From Glycera tridactyla (taxonomy: Eukaryota): DNA of 64,000 nucleotides. A program made the translations under genes and the position numbers. The stretch spans positions 130,510,001 to 130,574,000 of the forward strand of contig OZ286459.1 in assembly GCA_965644265.1 (NCBI GenBank). The letters are read 5' to 3'. Shown here in pieces: positions 38,126-48,043 of this stretch. The notes beneath the pieces were generated by a model. The model had not been told where the DNA came from. It saw only the letters and a list, made by a program, of their open reading frames with translations, and ran no database searches. Every line of letters starts with the position of its first letter. The first letter of the stretch is position 1.

Positions 38126-41100
38126 ATGAAATTTGAAGACGTCAGAATTTATTTTGTTTTATTTTATTTGTTTCAGTTCTTCCCCGACTCATTTTCTGAT
38201 CAGACTGGAGGTGCTCAAACACGATCTCAGGCAAGACAAACTCGAGCTCGAACACGACAGAGAGGAGGAATATCCCATTTTTGGATACGATCTTCTGCAC
38301 GTGGTTCAAGAGACAGAATTTCAGCACCTATCTCATCGCGATCTCCATCACAAGCTATCACTCAAGTCATTCCTGCTCAGAATGCTCATCCATCACCGAG
38401 GAGAACTTCGCTCACACATGGTCAGATTTCTCCTTCTCCTTCAGTATCACATAGTGACATTTCTGATTCTCATCATGTACATTCACCATCTGCCTTAGAA
38501 TCTGATTCACATACTGTTGATTTTCCGCCACCTTATGAAGAGTCTCAACCTGATTTATACACGGAAATTTCACCTGCATCACCTATTGTTCCAAGACTTA
38601 TTTCAGATCTACCATCTGATATTCCGGATAACTCTCCTGACCTGTCTCCAGACAATATTCCTGTCAATATTACTAATGATGATCTTGGAGATGTTGATGA
38701 TCTCAATTTCACTGATGAAGATAGAGATTTGTTCCATATTTTGAAGATATCATATGATGGATTTCATGATGATCTTGTTTCAGGTTCTATGTTCAAAATT
38801 TCCCCCCAAGAAGGGTTTCTGAACACGTTGTCACCCATGAATATTGTTGAGATTGAAGAGATAATTAGATCTATATTCGAGAAAATTTTAGAAGCTGTCT
38901 CAAAAATATGCAGACCTAGAGATTATGTAAAGATTGTCATTGATCAGGACTCTTTGGATAGCCCCATTATAATTCCCGTAACTCATTATGAAAACATAGA
39001 TGTGGAATCAGTGTTGGCAAGAATTGGCGTTGTTCTTCAGTCAAAAAAAGATGTGAAGGTGGATCATTCATTTTATGTTTCTATTTGTGTCCTCAGAGTG
39101 CTAGATGGGGGTGGAGGGGTTGGGAAGGAAACAATTTCTCTGTTAACAGATGATCTGTATTCTCTGTATTCCAAAAGAAGTATCGTTCGCATTCGAAACG
39201 ATGGAGATAAGACCTGCTTGCCTAGATCTATTCTTGTTTCGTGGGCATATGCTGTCCAAATTAGTAAGATTAAATTTGATGATATGAAGTCTGAAGATGA
39301 TCACAGTAACATTGATACAGTTTTCCGATGTTTAAAGACTTGTCCATCAGTTTATAAATCGATTAGAGAATGGAGAGGCAGGACCCAGGATAGAGCAATT
39401 CAAAAACTCTTGACATTAAATGGTCTGCATGAAAAACGCGAGTTCGGGATTGAAGACATAGAGAAAATTGAAAATGTTTTGAAATGTTGTGTATATGTGA
39501 TATCTCAACTTGGCGGAAACAAATTCATTAGAAAAACATCAGAACATATGAAAGAAATGGGGTGGGTGAAAGTGTATGTATATCATCATAGATTAGATCC
39601 TGGTGATTTGTTATCACCATTTCATTATGACGCCATCACCAAGCTCAATGCTTTTTTTGACAAAAAATCCATTTGTGGAGAATGCTGTAAGCCAAAGAAG
39701 CACAACTCTAGCCAATGTTGCATCCCACAGGCATGTTTGAAATGTAAGTCTCACTATTGCACAAATGTGAATGATGGTGAATTGATATCTTGTCGAACTT
39801 GTACAACATCATTTGGGAATATGGATTGTTATGCCAGACATTCCAATTCCTTCTGTTCAAAGTGGTGGACATGTGTAAAATGTGGGAAAATTTTAGAACT
39901 CTCGAAACGACCACGATTATTGCATAAATGTGGGGAGTACTATTGTTTCAGGTGTGAGCAATTCTTTTGGGAACGTCACGAGTGTTATATCAGGGCCAAA
40001 AAGTTAACCAGCTCTAAATTACAAAATCAGAAAGACAGGGTGATAATTTTTTTTGACATTGAGACACGTCAAGAAACTCGTGTTCAGTGTGGATCTGGAT
40101 ACAAACCATCTGGCAATAGATGTGATAATTGTAAGGATGACTCTTTCCCCTGTTCTGTTTGTGCAAAATGCATCAGTTGTAAGTCATCTTCGTGTGGAAC
40201 CTTCAGACATCAAGCAAATCTTGTTGTTTCACAAAAAGTATGTGATGAGTGTATAGAATTGCCATTTTCTTCTGATTGTGAATGTCACCGGTGTGGGGAT
40301 AGATGTGGTTTAAGATGTAAACTTCATGCTAAAAAAAAACCTATCCGGGAGTATCTTAGAAAATTGTGTTGTGAGAATGATAGATGTGGAGTTCGAGAAC
40401 ACACATTCTGGGGGGATGATTGTTTGGAACTGTTTGTGGATTGGTTGGTCTCTGATCAACATGATGGGGCAACAGTGATTTCTTACAATGGGAGCGGGTT
40501 TGACCATATTTTGGTCCTTCAAGAACTATTGCAAAGAAAACGACTTCAACCGGCTGATGTGATTTTCACTGGAACCAAATTGATATTTATGGAAATACAA
40601 AATCCCATAAACATGAGGTTCATAGATAGCTTCAAGTTTTTAGCTTACTCGCTCAGTGCTCTTCCCAAAGCGTTTGGTATATCGGAGAGTGATGATGATT
40701 GTGAAATTGACAGTACTCTGAGCAAAGGGTATTTCCCACATTTTTTCAATACAGAGGAAAATGAGAATTATGTGGGTCCATATCCTTCACCCCGATTTTA
40801 TGGAATGTCATCCATGAAACCTGATAATGCAGAGAAATTTTTGTTGTGGCATTCCCAAAAAATTGCTGCGGATGAAATTTTTCATTTTAGAAAGGAATTG
40901 TTGGCATATTGTGTGAATGATGTGACTATTTTGAGATTGGTGTGTTTGAAATTTCGGCATCATGTTCAGGAATTGACTGGAATCGACCCGTTCGAGAGAT
41001 GTATCACACTAGCCAATTTGGCTATGCGAATATTTCAATCTAATTTTGTTACAGAGAAATTGAGTGTAACGTTAAAGCATGATCCAGTCTTTCCTGTTAG

Positions 41101-43288
41101 TGAAGACATTGCTGATCTTCAATTATTTCCTGCAGTGGAAAGAGGGGGGAAAGTGAAAGTTGATCTACTTGATGGGGAGGGGATGAGGTCTTCACACGAT
41201 TTGCCTCAAGGGTATTGCATTGATAAGAAAAAATTCATCTCCACTGGACTGGGGAGAGTCCAACCTGGTGGGTATAGGCGATATCTTCATGGGAGTAGTA
41301 AGATTGCCCTACAGTGGTTGAGCTATATTGCACATTCTCAATCACTGCATATCTATCATGCAGGAAATTGGTCAGAAGTTGGTGTCAGGTTAGCAGATGG
41401 CAGACTAGTTTATTGTGACGGGTTTGTTACAGGAGATAATAGAAAACTTCCATTGAAACCAATTGTTTCTTCACCACAGCCAGGTGATGTTGTTTATTTC
41501 TTTCATGGGTGTTGGTTTCATGCGTGTTTGAAATGCTTTCCAGTAGGTCGTGACGAGATTCAGTGTCAAAGGACAAATCGCACTTTCAATGAAATTTATC
41601 GCAAAACAAAAGATATTGAGTCTCTTCTTTCATCATTAGGGTATGAAGTCAAGGTCATGTGGGAACATGAATTCAGACAACACTTGAAGTCTAATCCATT
41701 AATTCAAGTGATTGTTGAATCTATTTTGGACTATGAAGACCCGCTTGATCCTCGAGATGCCTATCATGGTGGAAGAGTTGAGGTATTTCGGATGTCAAAT
41801 TCTGAAAGTAATCATCAGTTTGATGCTCAAAATCAGGGTGACACAAGTGCACAAGATGAGGTTTTCCCAAGAGTAGAGTATGTTGATGTAACTTCTCTTT
41901 ATCCATGGGAAATGAAAACCAAAAAATTTCCAGTTGGACATCCAGAAGTTATCACATGTGGTATGATTGATGGTGATTTCGATTTTTCTCTTGATTCTTA
42001 TTTTGGGGTTGCCAAGGTAACAGTGATTCCTCCAAGAACTTTATTCCTTCCAGTTCTTCCATTGAGAGCAAGAGACAAATTGCTTTTTGCCCTGTGTAAT
42101 TCTTGTTCTCAGATGAATGAACCACCAAGATTTTGTGATTGCAGTGATCAAGAGCGTGCCATAACAGGTACATGGGTGACTCCTGAACTGAAATTAGCGA
42201 TTTCCAGGGGGTATTCAATTCAAAAGATCCATGAAGTTTACCATTTTCCTGATGATTCAGAGAACACCTGTGACCAATTTACTGGAGACAGCGCCAACTT
42301 TTTCAGAGATTATGTTAATTTGTTTCTCAAGATAAAAACAGAGGCTAGTGGTTTCCCCTCTGATTGTAAATTTCCCCATCAGAAACATGAATTTATTCAG
42401 AATTTTAAGGAAGTTGAGGGGGTGGATCTTGACTACCAGAACATGAAATTCAACCCTGCTAAGAGGAATATGGCTAAGGTTATATTAAATAGTTTATACG
42501 GAAAATTAGCGCAACGTGTTGGGAAGTCACGTACAAAAATTATAAATGGGGAGAATCCAAGTGAATTATACAAAGTTGTCTCAGACGCAAGAAGTGACGT
42601 ACTTGATTTCAACATTATGGACAGTGATACTCTTCTGATTGAGTATTGCAATAAGGGTGAGACTCTTCATTCAGGTTCTACAGACAATGTGATCATTGCC
42701 TCGTTTGTTACTGCTTATGCTCGAATGCATTTGTATTTCCTAGCAGAGAAATGTCAGGAACGTATTTTTTATTGCGATACTGACTCACTTATTTACCGGG
42801 CTGATTGTCCTGAACAATGTCTCGAATTAGGACCATATCTCGGTGACCTAACTTCAGAGATTCCTGAGAATACCAGAATTATATCTTTCTTGTCTACAGG
42901 ACCGAAAAGTTATGGATATGTTTTGTCCAATGGAGAATCAGAAATAAAATACAAAGGATTCACCTTGAGTTTAGACGCGTCAAATTATATGAACCTTCGG
43001 GCAATGAAAGATATGATTGATGAATATGCTAAACGAATATCTAATTCAATTGATAAAGAGACTGATTCTTGCGAGAATTCACTGGTGGGGGATCTCATTG
43101 ATGATCTCCCTCTGAAATTTGGAGTTGAGGTGGTTGTTACCAATCCTCAGATTTTTCGTGTGAAGCGAACACTTTCAGTAAACACCAAACAGCAAACAAA
43201 ACGATATCGCTTAAGTAGTGACAAAAGGGTATTCAATCCAGACCTCACTTCTCATCCGATTGGTTATCAATCTCCTGTATTTTCATGA
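38126..43288 (+). CDS. pPolB: Protein-primed family B DNA polymerase (Maverick pPolB); the main exon probably starts at 38177
   Basis: ExoI FFDIET, ExoII YNGSGFD, ExoIII YCVNDV, and polymerase motifs DVTSLYP, KVILNSLYGK and YCDTDS. The N-terminal OTU-like elements are DKTCL and HYDAI. A Vsr-like insert reads FHGCWFHAC...VMWEHEF. Confidence 0.97.
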   Translation: MKFEDVRIYFVLFYLFQFFPDSFSDQTGGAQTRSQARQTRARTRQRGGISHFWIRSSARGSRDRISAPISSRSPSQAITQVIPAQNAHPSPRRTSLTHGQISPSPSVSHSDISDSHHVHSPSALESDSHTVDFPPPYEESQPDLYTEISPASPIVPRLISDLPSDIPDNSPDLSPDNIPVNITNDDLGDVDDLNFTDEDRDLFHILKISYDGFHDDLVSGSMFKISPQEGFLNTLSPMNIVEIEEIIRSIFEKILEAVSKICRPRDYVKIVIDQDSLDSPIIIPVTHYENIDVESVLARIGVVLQSKKDVKVDHSFYVSICVLRVLDGGGGVGKETISLLTDDLYSLYSKRSIVRIRNDGDKTCLPRSILVSWAYAVQISKIKFDDMKSEDDHSNIDTVFRCLKTCPSVYKSIREWRGRTQDRAIQKLLTLNGLHEKREFGIEDIEKIENVLKCCVYVISQLGGNKFIRKTSEHMKEMGWVKVYVYHHRLDPGDLLSPFHYDAITKLNAFFDKKSICGECCKPKKHNSSQCCIPQACLKCKSHYCTNVNDGELISCRTCTTSFGNMDCYARHSNSFCSKWWTCVKCGKILELSKRPRLLHKCGEYYCFRCEQFFWERHECYIRAKKLTSSKLQNQKDRVIIFFDIETRQETRVQCGSGYKPSGNRCDNCKDDSFPCSVCAKCISCKSSSCGTFRHQANLVVSQKVCDECIELPFSSDCECHRCGDRCGLRCKLHAKKKPIREYLRKLCCENDRCGVREHTFWGDDCLELFVDWLVSDQHDGATVISYNGSGFDHILVLQELLQRKRLQPADVIFTGTKLIFMEIQNPINMRFIDSFKFLAYSLSALPKAFGISESDDDCEIDSTLSKGYFPHFFNTEENENYVGPYPSPRFYGMSSMKPDNAEKFLLWHSQKIAADEIFHFRKELLAYCVNDVTILRLVCLKFRHHVQELTGIDPFERCITLANLAMRIFQSNFVTEKLSVTLKHDPVFPVSEDIADLQLFPAVERGGKVKVDLLDGEGMRSSHDLPQGYCIDKKKFISTGLGRVQPGGYRRYLHGSSKIALQWLSYIAHSQSLHIYHAGNWSEVGVRLADGRLVYCDGFVTGDNRKLPLKPIVSSPQPGDVVYFFHGCWFHACLKCFPVGRDEIQCQRTNRTFNEIYRKTKDIESLLSSLGYEVKVMWEHEFRQHLKSNPLIQVIVESILDYEDPLDPRDAYHGGRVEVFRMSNSESNHQFDAQNQGDTSAQDEVFPRVEYVDVTSLYPWEMKTKKFPVGHPEVITCGMIDGDFDFSLDSYFGVAKVTVIPPRTLFLPVLPLRARDKLLFALCNSCSQMNEPPRFCDCSDQERAITGTWVTPELKLAISRGYSIQKIHEVYHFPDDSENTCDQFTGDSANFFRDYVNLFLKIKTEASGFPSDCKFPHQKHEFIQNFKEVEGVDLDYQNMKFNPAKRNMAKVILNSLYGKLAQRVGKSRTKIINGENPSELYKVVSDARSDVLDFNIMDSDTLLIEYCNKGETLHSGSTDNVIIASFVTAYARMHLYFLAEKCQERIFYCDTDSLIYRADCPEQCLELGPYLGDLTSEIPENTRIISFLSTGPKSYGYVLSNGESEIKYKGFTLSLDASNYMNLRAMKDMIDEYAKRISNSIDKETDSCENSLVGDLIDDLPLKFGVEVVVTNPQIFRVKRTLSVNTKQQTKRYRLSSDKRVFNPDLTSHPIGYQSPVFS

Positions 43289-43305
43289 ATCTGAACTTAT
43301 TGGCT

Positions 43306-44570
43306 TGAAATGACACCTGTGAGTGTCTGTGAATTTCTGTACATATTATTTGTCTTTTTTTTCAGGATTTTTTGAAATGACACCTGTGAGTGTCTGTGAA
43401 TTTCATATCATTTTGAAATGACACCTGTGAGAGTCTGTGAATTTCATATCATTTTGAAATGACACCTGTGAGTGTCTGTGAATTTCATATCATTTTGAAA
43501 TGACACCTGTGAGTGTCTGTGAATTTCTGTACTTATTATTTGTCTTCTTTTTTTCAGGATTTGTTGAAATGACACCTGTGAGTGTCTGTGAATTTCATAT
43601 CATTTTGAAATGACACCTGTGAGTGTCTGTGAATTTCTGTACATATTATTTGTCTTCTTTTTTTCAGGATTTGTTGAAATGACACCTGTGAGTGTCTGTG
43701 AATTTCATATCATTTTGAAATGACACCTGTGAGTGTCTGTGAATTTCTGTACTTATTATTTGTCTTCTTTTTTTCAGGATTTGTTGAAATGACACCTGTG
43801 AGTGTCTGTGAATTTCATATCATTTTGAAATGACACCTGTGAGTGTCTGTGAATTTCTGTACATATTATTTGTCTTCTTTTTTTCAGGATTTGTTGAAAT
43901 GACACCTGTGAGTGTCTGTGAATTTCATATCATTTTGAAATGACACCTGTGAGTGTCTGTGAATTTCTGTACTTATTATTTGTCTTCTTTTTTTTCAGGA
44001 TTTGTTGAAATGACACCTGTGAGTGTCTGTGAATTTCATATCATTTTGAAATGACACCTGTGAGTGTCTGTGAATTTCTGTACATATTATTTGTCTTCTT
44101 TTTTTCAGGATTTGTTGAAATGACACCTGTGAGTGTCTGTGAATTTCATATCATTTTGAAATGACACCTGTGAGTGTCTGTGAATTTCTGTACATATTAT
44201 TTGTCTTCTTTTTTTCAGGATTTGTTGAAATGACACCTGTGAGTGTCTGTGAATTTCATATCATCTTGAAATGACACCTGTGAGTGTCTGTGAATTTCAT
44301 ATCATTTTGAAATGACACCTGTGAGTGTCTGTGAATTTCTGTACTTATTATTTGTCTTCTTTTTTTCAGGATTTGTTGAAATGACACCTGTGAGTGTCTG
44401 TGAATTTCATATCATTTTGAAATGACACCTGTGAGTGTCTGTGAATTTCATATCATTTTGAAATGACACCTGTGAGTGTCTGTGAATTTCATATCATTTT
44501 GAAATGACACCTGTGAGTGTCTGTGAATTTCATATCATTCTGAAATGACACCTGTGAGTGTCTGTGAATT
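43306..44570. repeat. Structured tandem array: 25 copies of a 32-bp core (TGAAATGACACCTGTGAGTGTCTGTGAATTTC) with two alternating spacer types
   Basis: Counted by eye: 15 short spacers (ATATCATTT, 41-bp unit) and 9 long spacers (TGTACWTATTATTTGTCTTC(T)nCAGGATTTGT, about 69-bp unit). The middle has about 110-bp and 220-bp higher-order periodicity. Confidence 0.95.
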
Positions 44571-44781
44571 AATTGTATTGATTTCTGAACAGATCAATTT
44601 ATTTCTGACATGTGTTCCATAATGTCTTGTTGAAGTATCCAAAGGTTCTCCAAGCATCTCCTTGATGATTGTCACTCGCCGAATTTCTCCCGGCCAAGTG
44701 CTGTCCTGTCCTGATGTCTCTCATTGTGTACTCCATGATGTCTTTGTTCCAATCTTTTGCATCTGATTGGATTGGGTCCTC

Positions 44782-44897
44782 CTCCTCATTCTTCCACACG
44801 CAATCACGATAGATGTCACTCGTGTGTGTTCCTGAATGGCTCCTCATTCTTCCACACGCAATCACGATAGATGTCACTCGTGTGTGTTCCTGAATGG
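44782..44897. repeat. 58-bp direct tandem duplication
   Basis: CTCCTCATTCTTCCACACGCAATCACGATAGATGTCACTCGTGTGTGTTCCTGAATGG occurs twice. Confidence 0.9.
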
Positions 44898-46317
44898 AAC
44901 TCATGATGATGATGAATGTCACTCGATATGTGTTATTGACTGTGTCGTCTCTGGTGATGGGACATAATGATGAAAACAAATGCATCTGATGTTTGATGAA
45001 TGCTTTCTTGTGTTTTGATCATTTGATGTGTTGTTCTTATTCATGGTGTATGGTGATGGGTTCCCCTGTCATGCGGAAAGGTCTTTTTCTTCTGTGAACC
45101 CATGGCTCAGTCCACTTACCAATAATTTTCATTGGTCTGAAGTCCGATATTTTCTGTGAGCCCAGCTCAAGTCCACCTGCCAATTCTGTGACCCCAGCTC
45201 CAGTCCACCTTCTAACGTTGTGTGCATTTCTTGGATCATGAGCTCGCGTTAATTCTGCACGTGACTAGTCGGATTGATGAAATCAATTTTCAGCCTTCTT
45301 TGCTTCCATACTGTCCTGTCTTTTCAATTCTTGCTGAGTGATCTTTCACAATACGGTTCATCAATTTCAGATGAATTGGGTCGATGAAAAAAAACAAGAA
45401 TGATAATCGATAAAAAACAGGGATGATAATAATATCATTTCTTGGGATTTGGTTTTTGATGAGAAGAACCAGCAGGGATGAATGCTCAGCATTAGTGAAT
45501 ACTTCGATTACACATCAGAATGATATATTCATAATTCAATCATATATAAATATATATAGATAGATGTACGACACATGATATATTACAAATACATTCGCAT
45601 ATATATATTACAAATACATTCGCATATATATATATACATATACAATACATTCGCATATACATATACATATATTTCTATATATAACATATACGAGATTCTC
45701 ATTCAATGTAACATACTGTCCAAATCGCCCTCGGCACAGTAGGTTCCATGGTATTAAGTTCATGTACTGTTTGTTCATGCACAGTAGGTTCCAGGGTATT
45801 AAGTTCATGAACTGTTTGTTCATGAATAGTTCATCATGAATAGTTTGTTCATGATGTGAGTGGGGTATACATCTTCACCTTGTCTGGCATGTATCTGACC
45901 TTGTCTGAAATGATAAATCATTCTCAACCTTCTCTTTCACACTGTCAATGTTTCTCACAAATGTCACAATGAAGCTGAGTTTTGATGTGAAACACTTGTG
46001 GGGGGAGCTGGTGTGCTGAACACCTGCTGCATCTCTGGTGTGAATCCATGGGATTGGTCTGTTGAATCCATACATCTCTGATGTATGCTCTTGTATGGCT
46101 GTTCACCCGTGCGTGTTCCCAAGAACCGTCTGAAAAATCAATGTATGCTCTTGCATGGCACAATGTATGCTCTTGTATGGCACACATTAGTCTCATCCCA
46201 ATCAAGATTTGAATAAAATATCATGCTTGTAGAATTAAAATGAATATTTTGTTGGAGTTCTATTTTCATGGTGTTTCAATTAATCACACGCATGAAACAC
46301 AAGACACTCACTCTCAC

Positions 46318-46335
46318 GTACACACACTCTCACGT

Positions 46336-46366
<31 letters not shown>

Positions 46367-46410
46367 TACATACACACACACATACACACACACACACACA
46401 CACATACATG
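46318..46410. repeat. (CA)n microsatellite upstream of the ATPase
   Basis: Directly visible. Confidence 0.9.
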
Positions 46411-46598
46411 CATGCATGTATGTATGCATACATGCACTCCACTCTCTCATCCATAGGAGGAAATGATATACTTCACCAACCCATTGATGACCATTCACGT
46501 AACCACTAATTCTCCCAACATCAACAACAACAACACTACCACCAACACCAACACCAGCTCTGTCACCAGTGACACGTTGCTGACCGATCACTCCAAAA

Positions 46599-47303
46599 AT
46601 GAACGTGATCAAAGTTTCAACAAGAGCAGTCGATGGGAAAAATGGGACATCACGTCTCCAGTTTAAGGAAAACTCAAGTTTTATAATTTGTGGAAGATCC
46701 GGAAGTGGGAAATCAACTTTTATATATAATTTGCTGAAGAATGTGGATGAAATGTTTGAGAACGAAAACAGAAGAAAATATATTATTTTGTACTGTTACT
46801 CAACCGACCAGCCTCTCTTCAAAAAAATGCAAAAAGAGATTGATAATATAACATTCAAGAAAGGATTACCCACTGATGCTTTACTAGAAAAAATGATCTC
46901 CCCTGCTAAACATCATCTTCTCTTGATTGTTGACGACCTAATGAGCGAAGTCGTATCCTCCAAAATGATTTTTGATTTCTTTACAATTAAGGCTCATCAC
47001 ATGGGTGCATCTGTATTTTACGTCTCCCATAATTTATATCAACAGGGGAAATTCAGCAGGGCGATAACCTTGAATGCCTCATATATTTGTTTGTTTCAAA
47101 ATGCTCGAGGAGCTGATCAAATCAATACGCTCAGTAGACAGATGTTCCCTGGACCACATAACATCATTCCTCAAGCTTATAACATGGCTATGAAAATTGG
47201 TCAATATGGGTATCTTGTGATCGATATGACAGCAAATGTTGACGATAATCTCAGGATACGCACTCAGATATTTCCAAACGAGGTGAGCAGATTCTATACA
47301 TAG
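46599..47303 (+). CDS. ATP: Genome-packaging ATPase (FtsK/A32-like)
   Basis: Walker A GRSGSGKS, Walker B LLIVDD, and Polinton-type downstream motifs AHHMGASVFYVSHNLY and RAITLNASY. Confidence 0.95.
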   Translation: MNVIKVSTRAVDGKNGTSRLQFKENSSFIICGRSGSGKSTFIYNLLKNVDEMFENENRRKYIILYCYSTDQPLFKKMQKEIDNITFKKGLPTDALLEKMISPAKHHLLLIVDDLMSEVVSSKMIFDFFTIKAHHMGASVFYVSHNLYQQGKFSRAITLNASYICLFQNARGADQINTLSRQMFPGPHNIIPQAYNMAMKIGQYGYLVIDMTANVDDNLRIRTQIFPNEVSRFYT

Positions 47304-47321
47304 AATGAGAACTAAATCTGA

Positions 47322-47732
47322 TTGCATAGGAACATGAGAAGAAGGACTTTTTGGGAACTCATGCCATCCTCATTTCAGATAGTGAAGGGTGAACGTCCTT
47401 TTTTCTTTGCTCTACTCAATGCGCCTGATGACAAAGAACTCCAGAAAAAGCTTCTGCAATGTATGTCAGTACCTCAAGCTAAAGCTATAGGAGCTATTGC
47501 CGCAAATGTGCTTTATGGAACAATAGGAATAGCCAAACAGAAGAAAGATCAGCTCAGGCCTTATAAAAAATTTCTGAGATCAATTTCCGATGATAATGTA
47601 GGTCCACGAGTAAGAAAAAAAATACTATTGACTCATCCATTGGAAACAATCGGTTTTATCAAGATAATTTTTAAGAATATTGATTTCTTGATATGGAGAG
47701 ATCATCGAAATCAGAACATGCGACCAAAGTGA
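47322..47732 (+). CDS. Small basic protein of the type usually next to the ATPase in animal Mavericks
   Basis: The segment AIAANVLYGTIGIAKQKKDQLRPYKKFLRSI...RKKIL resembles, from recall, the conserved N[IL]LKG.VPL...K..L..YK..LR.L pattern. Confidence 0.7.
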   Translation: MHRNMRRRTFWELMPSSFQIVKGERPFFFALLNAPDDKELQKKLLQCMSVPQAKAIGAIAANVLYGTIGIAKQKKDQLRPYKKFLRSISDDNVGPRVRKKILLTHPLETIGFIKIIFKNIDFLIWRDHRNQNMRPK

Positions 47733-48043
47733 GGGATTTCTTCCTGATCCCATTTAGTAAGCTAGATGACTTTGTTCAAAGTGAAATGCTCCCACCAGAA
47801 ATAGCGACAGAATCTTTGGAGTCAACATCAGGGAGTGCTGAACATGAAATAAATACTGCTCACAAAGAGGAAAACAGCGAGTCTCCAACGGAAGGTTCAG
47901 GGGGTAACACCCATTCGCTCACTTCGAAGAATTATCAATCGACAGAGACCACAATCAACGGATCTCGGAATTCATCAGAGTCTCAGGAAGCCCGTCTTTC
48001 TACAAATTCTGATCATGGAACTTCGAAAAAAATCAACTCATGA
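47693..48043 (+). CDS. Short Ser-rich ORF (116 aa), possibly a truncated conserved Maverick gene
   Basis: It overlaps both neighbours in an operon-like manner. The N-terminus is HATKVRDFFLIP, then low complexity. Confidence 0.4.
   Translation: MERSSKSEHATKVRDFFLIPFSKLDDFVQSEMLPPEIATESLESTSGSAEHEINTAHKEENSESPTEGSGGNTHSLTSKNYQSTETTINGSRNSSESQEARLSTNSDHGTSKKINS

Noticed and set aside
43306-44570. CRISPR array
   Set aside because: The repeat length resembles CRISPR, but there are only two recurring spacer sequences rather than unique ones. There are no cas genes and the context is eukaryotic.
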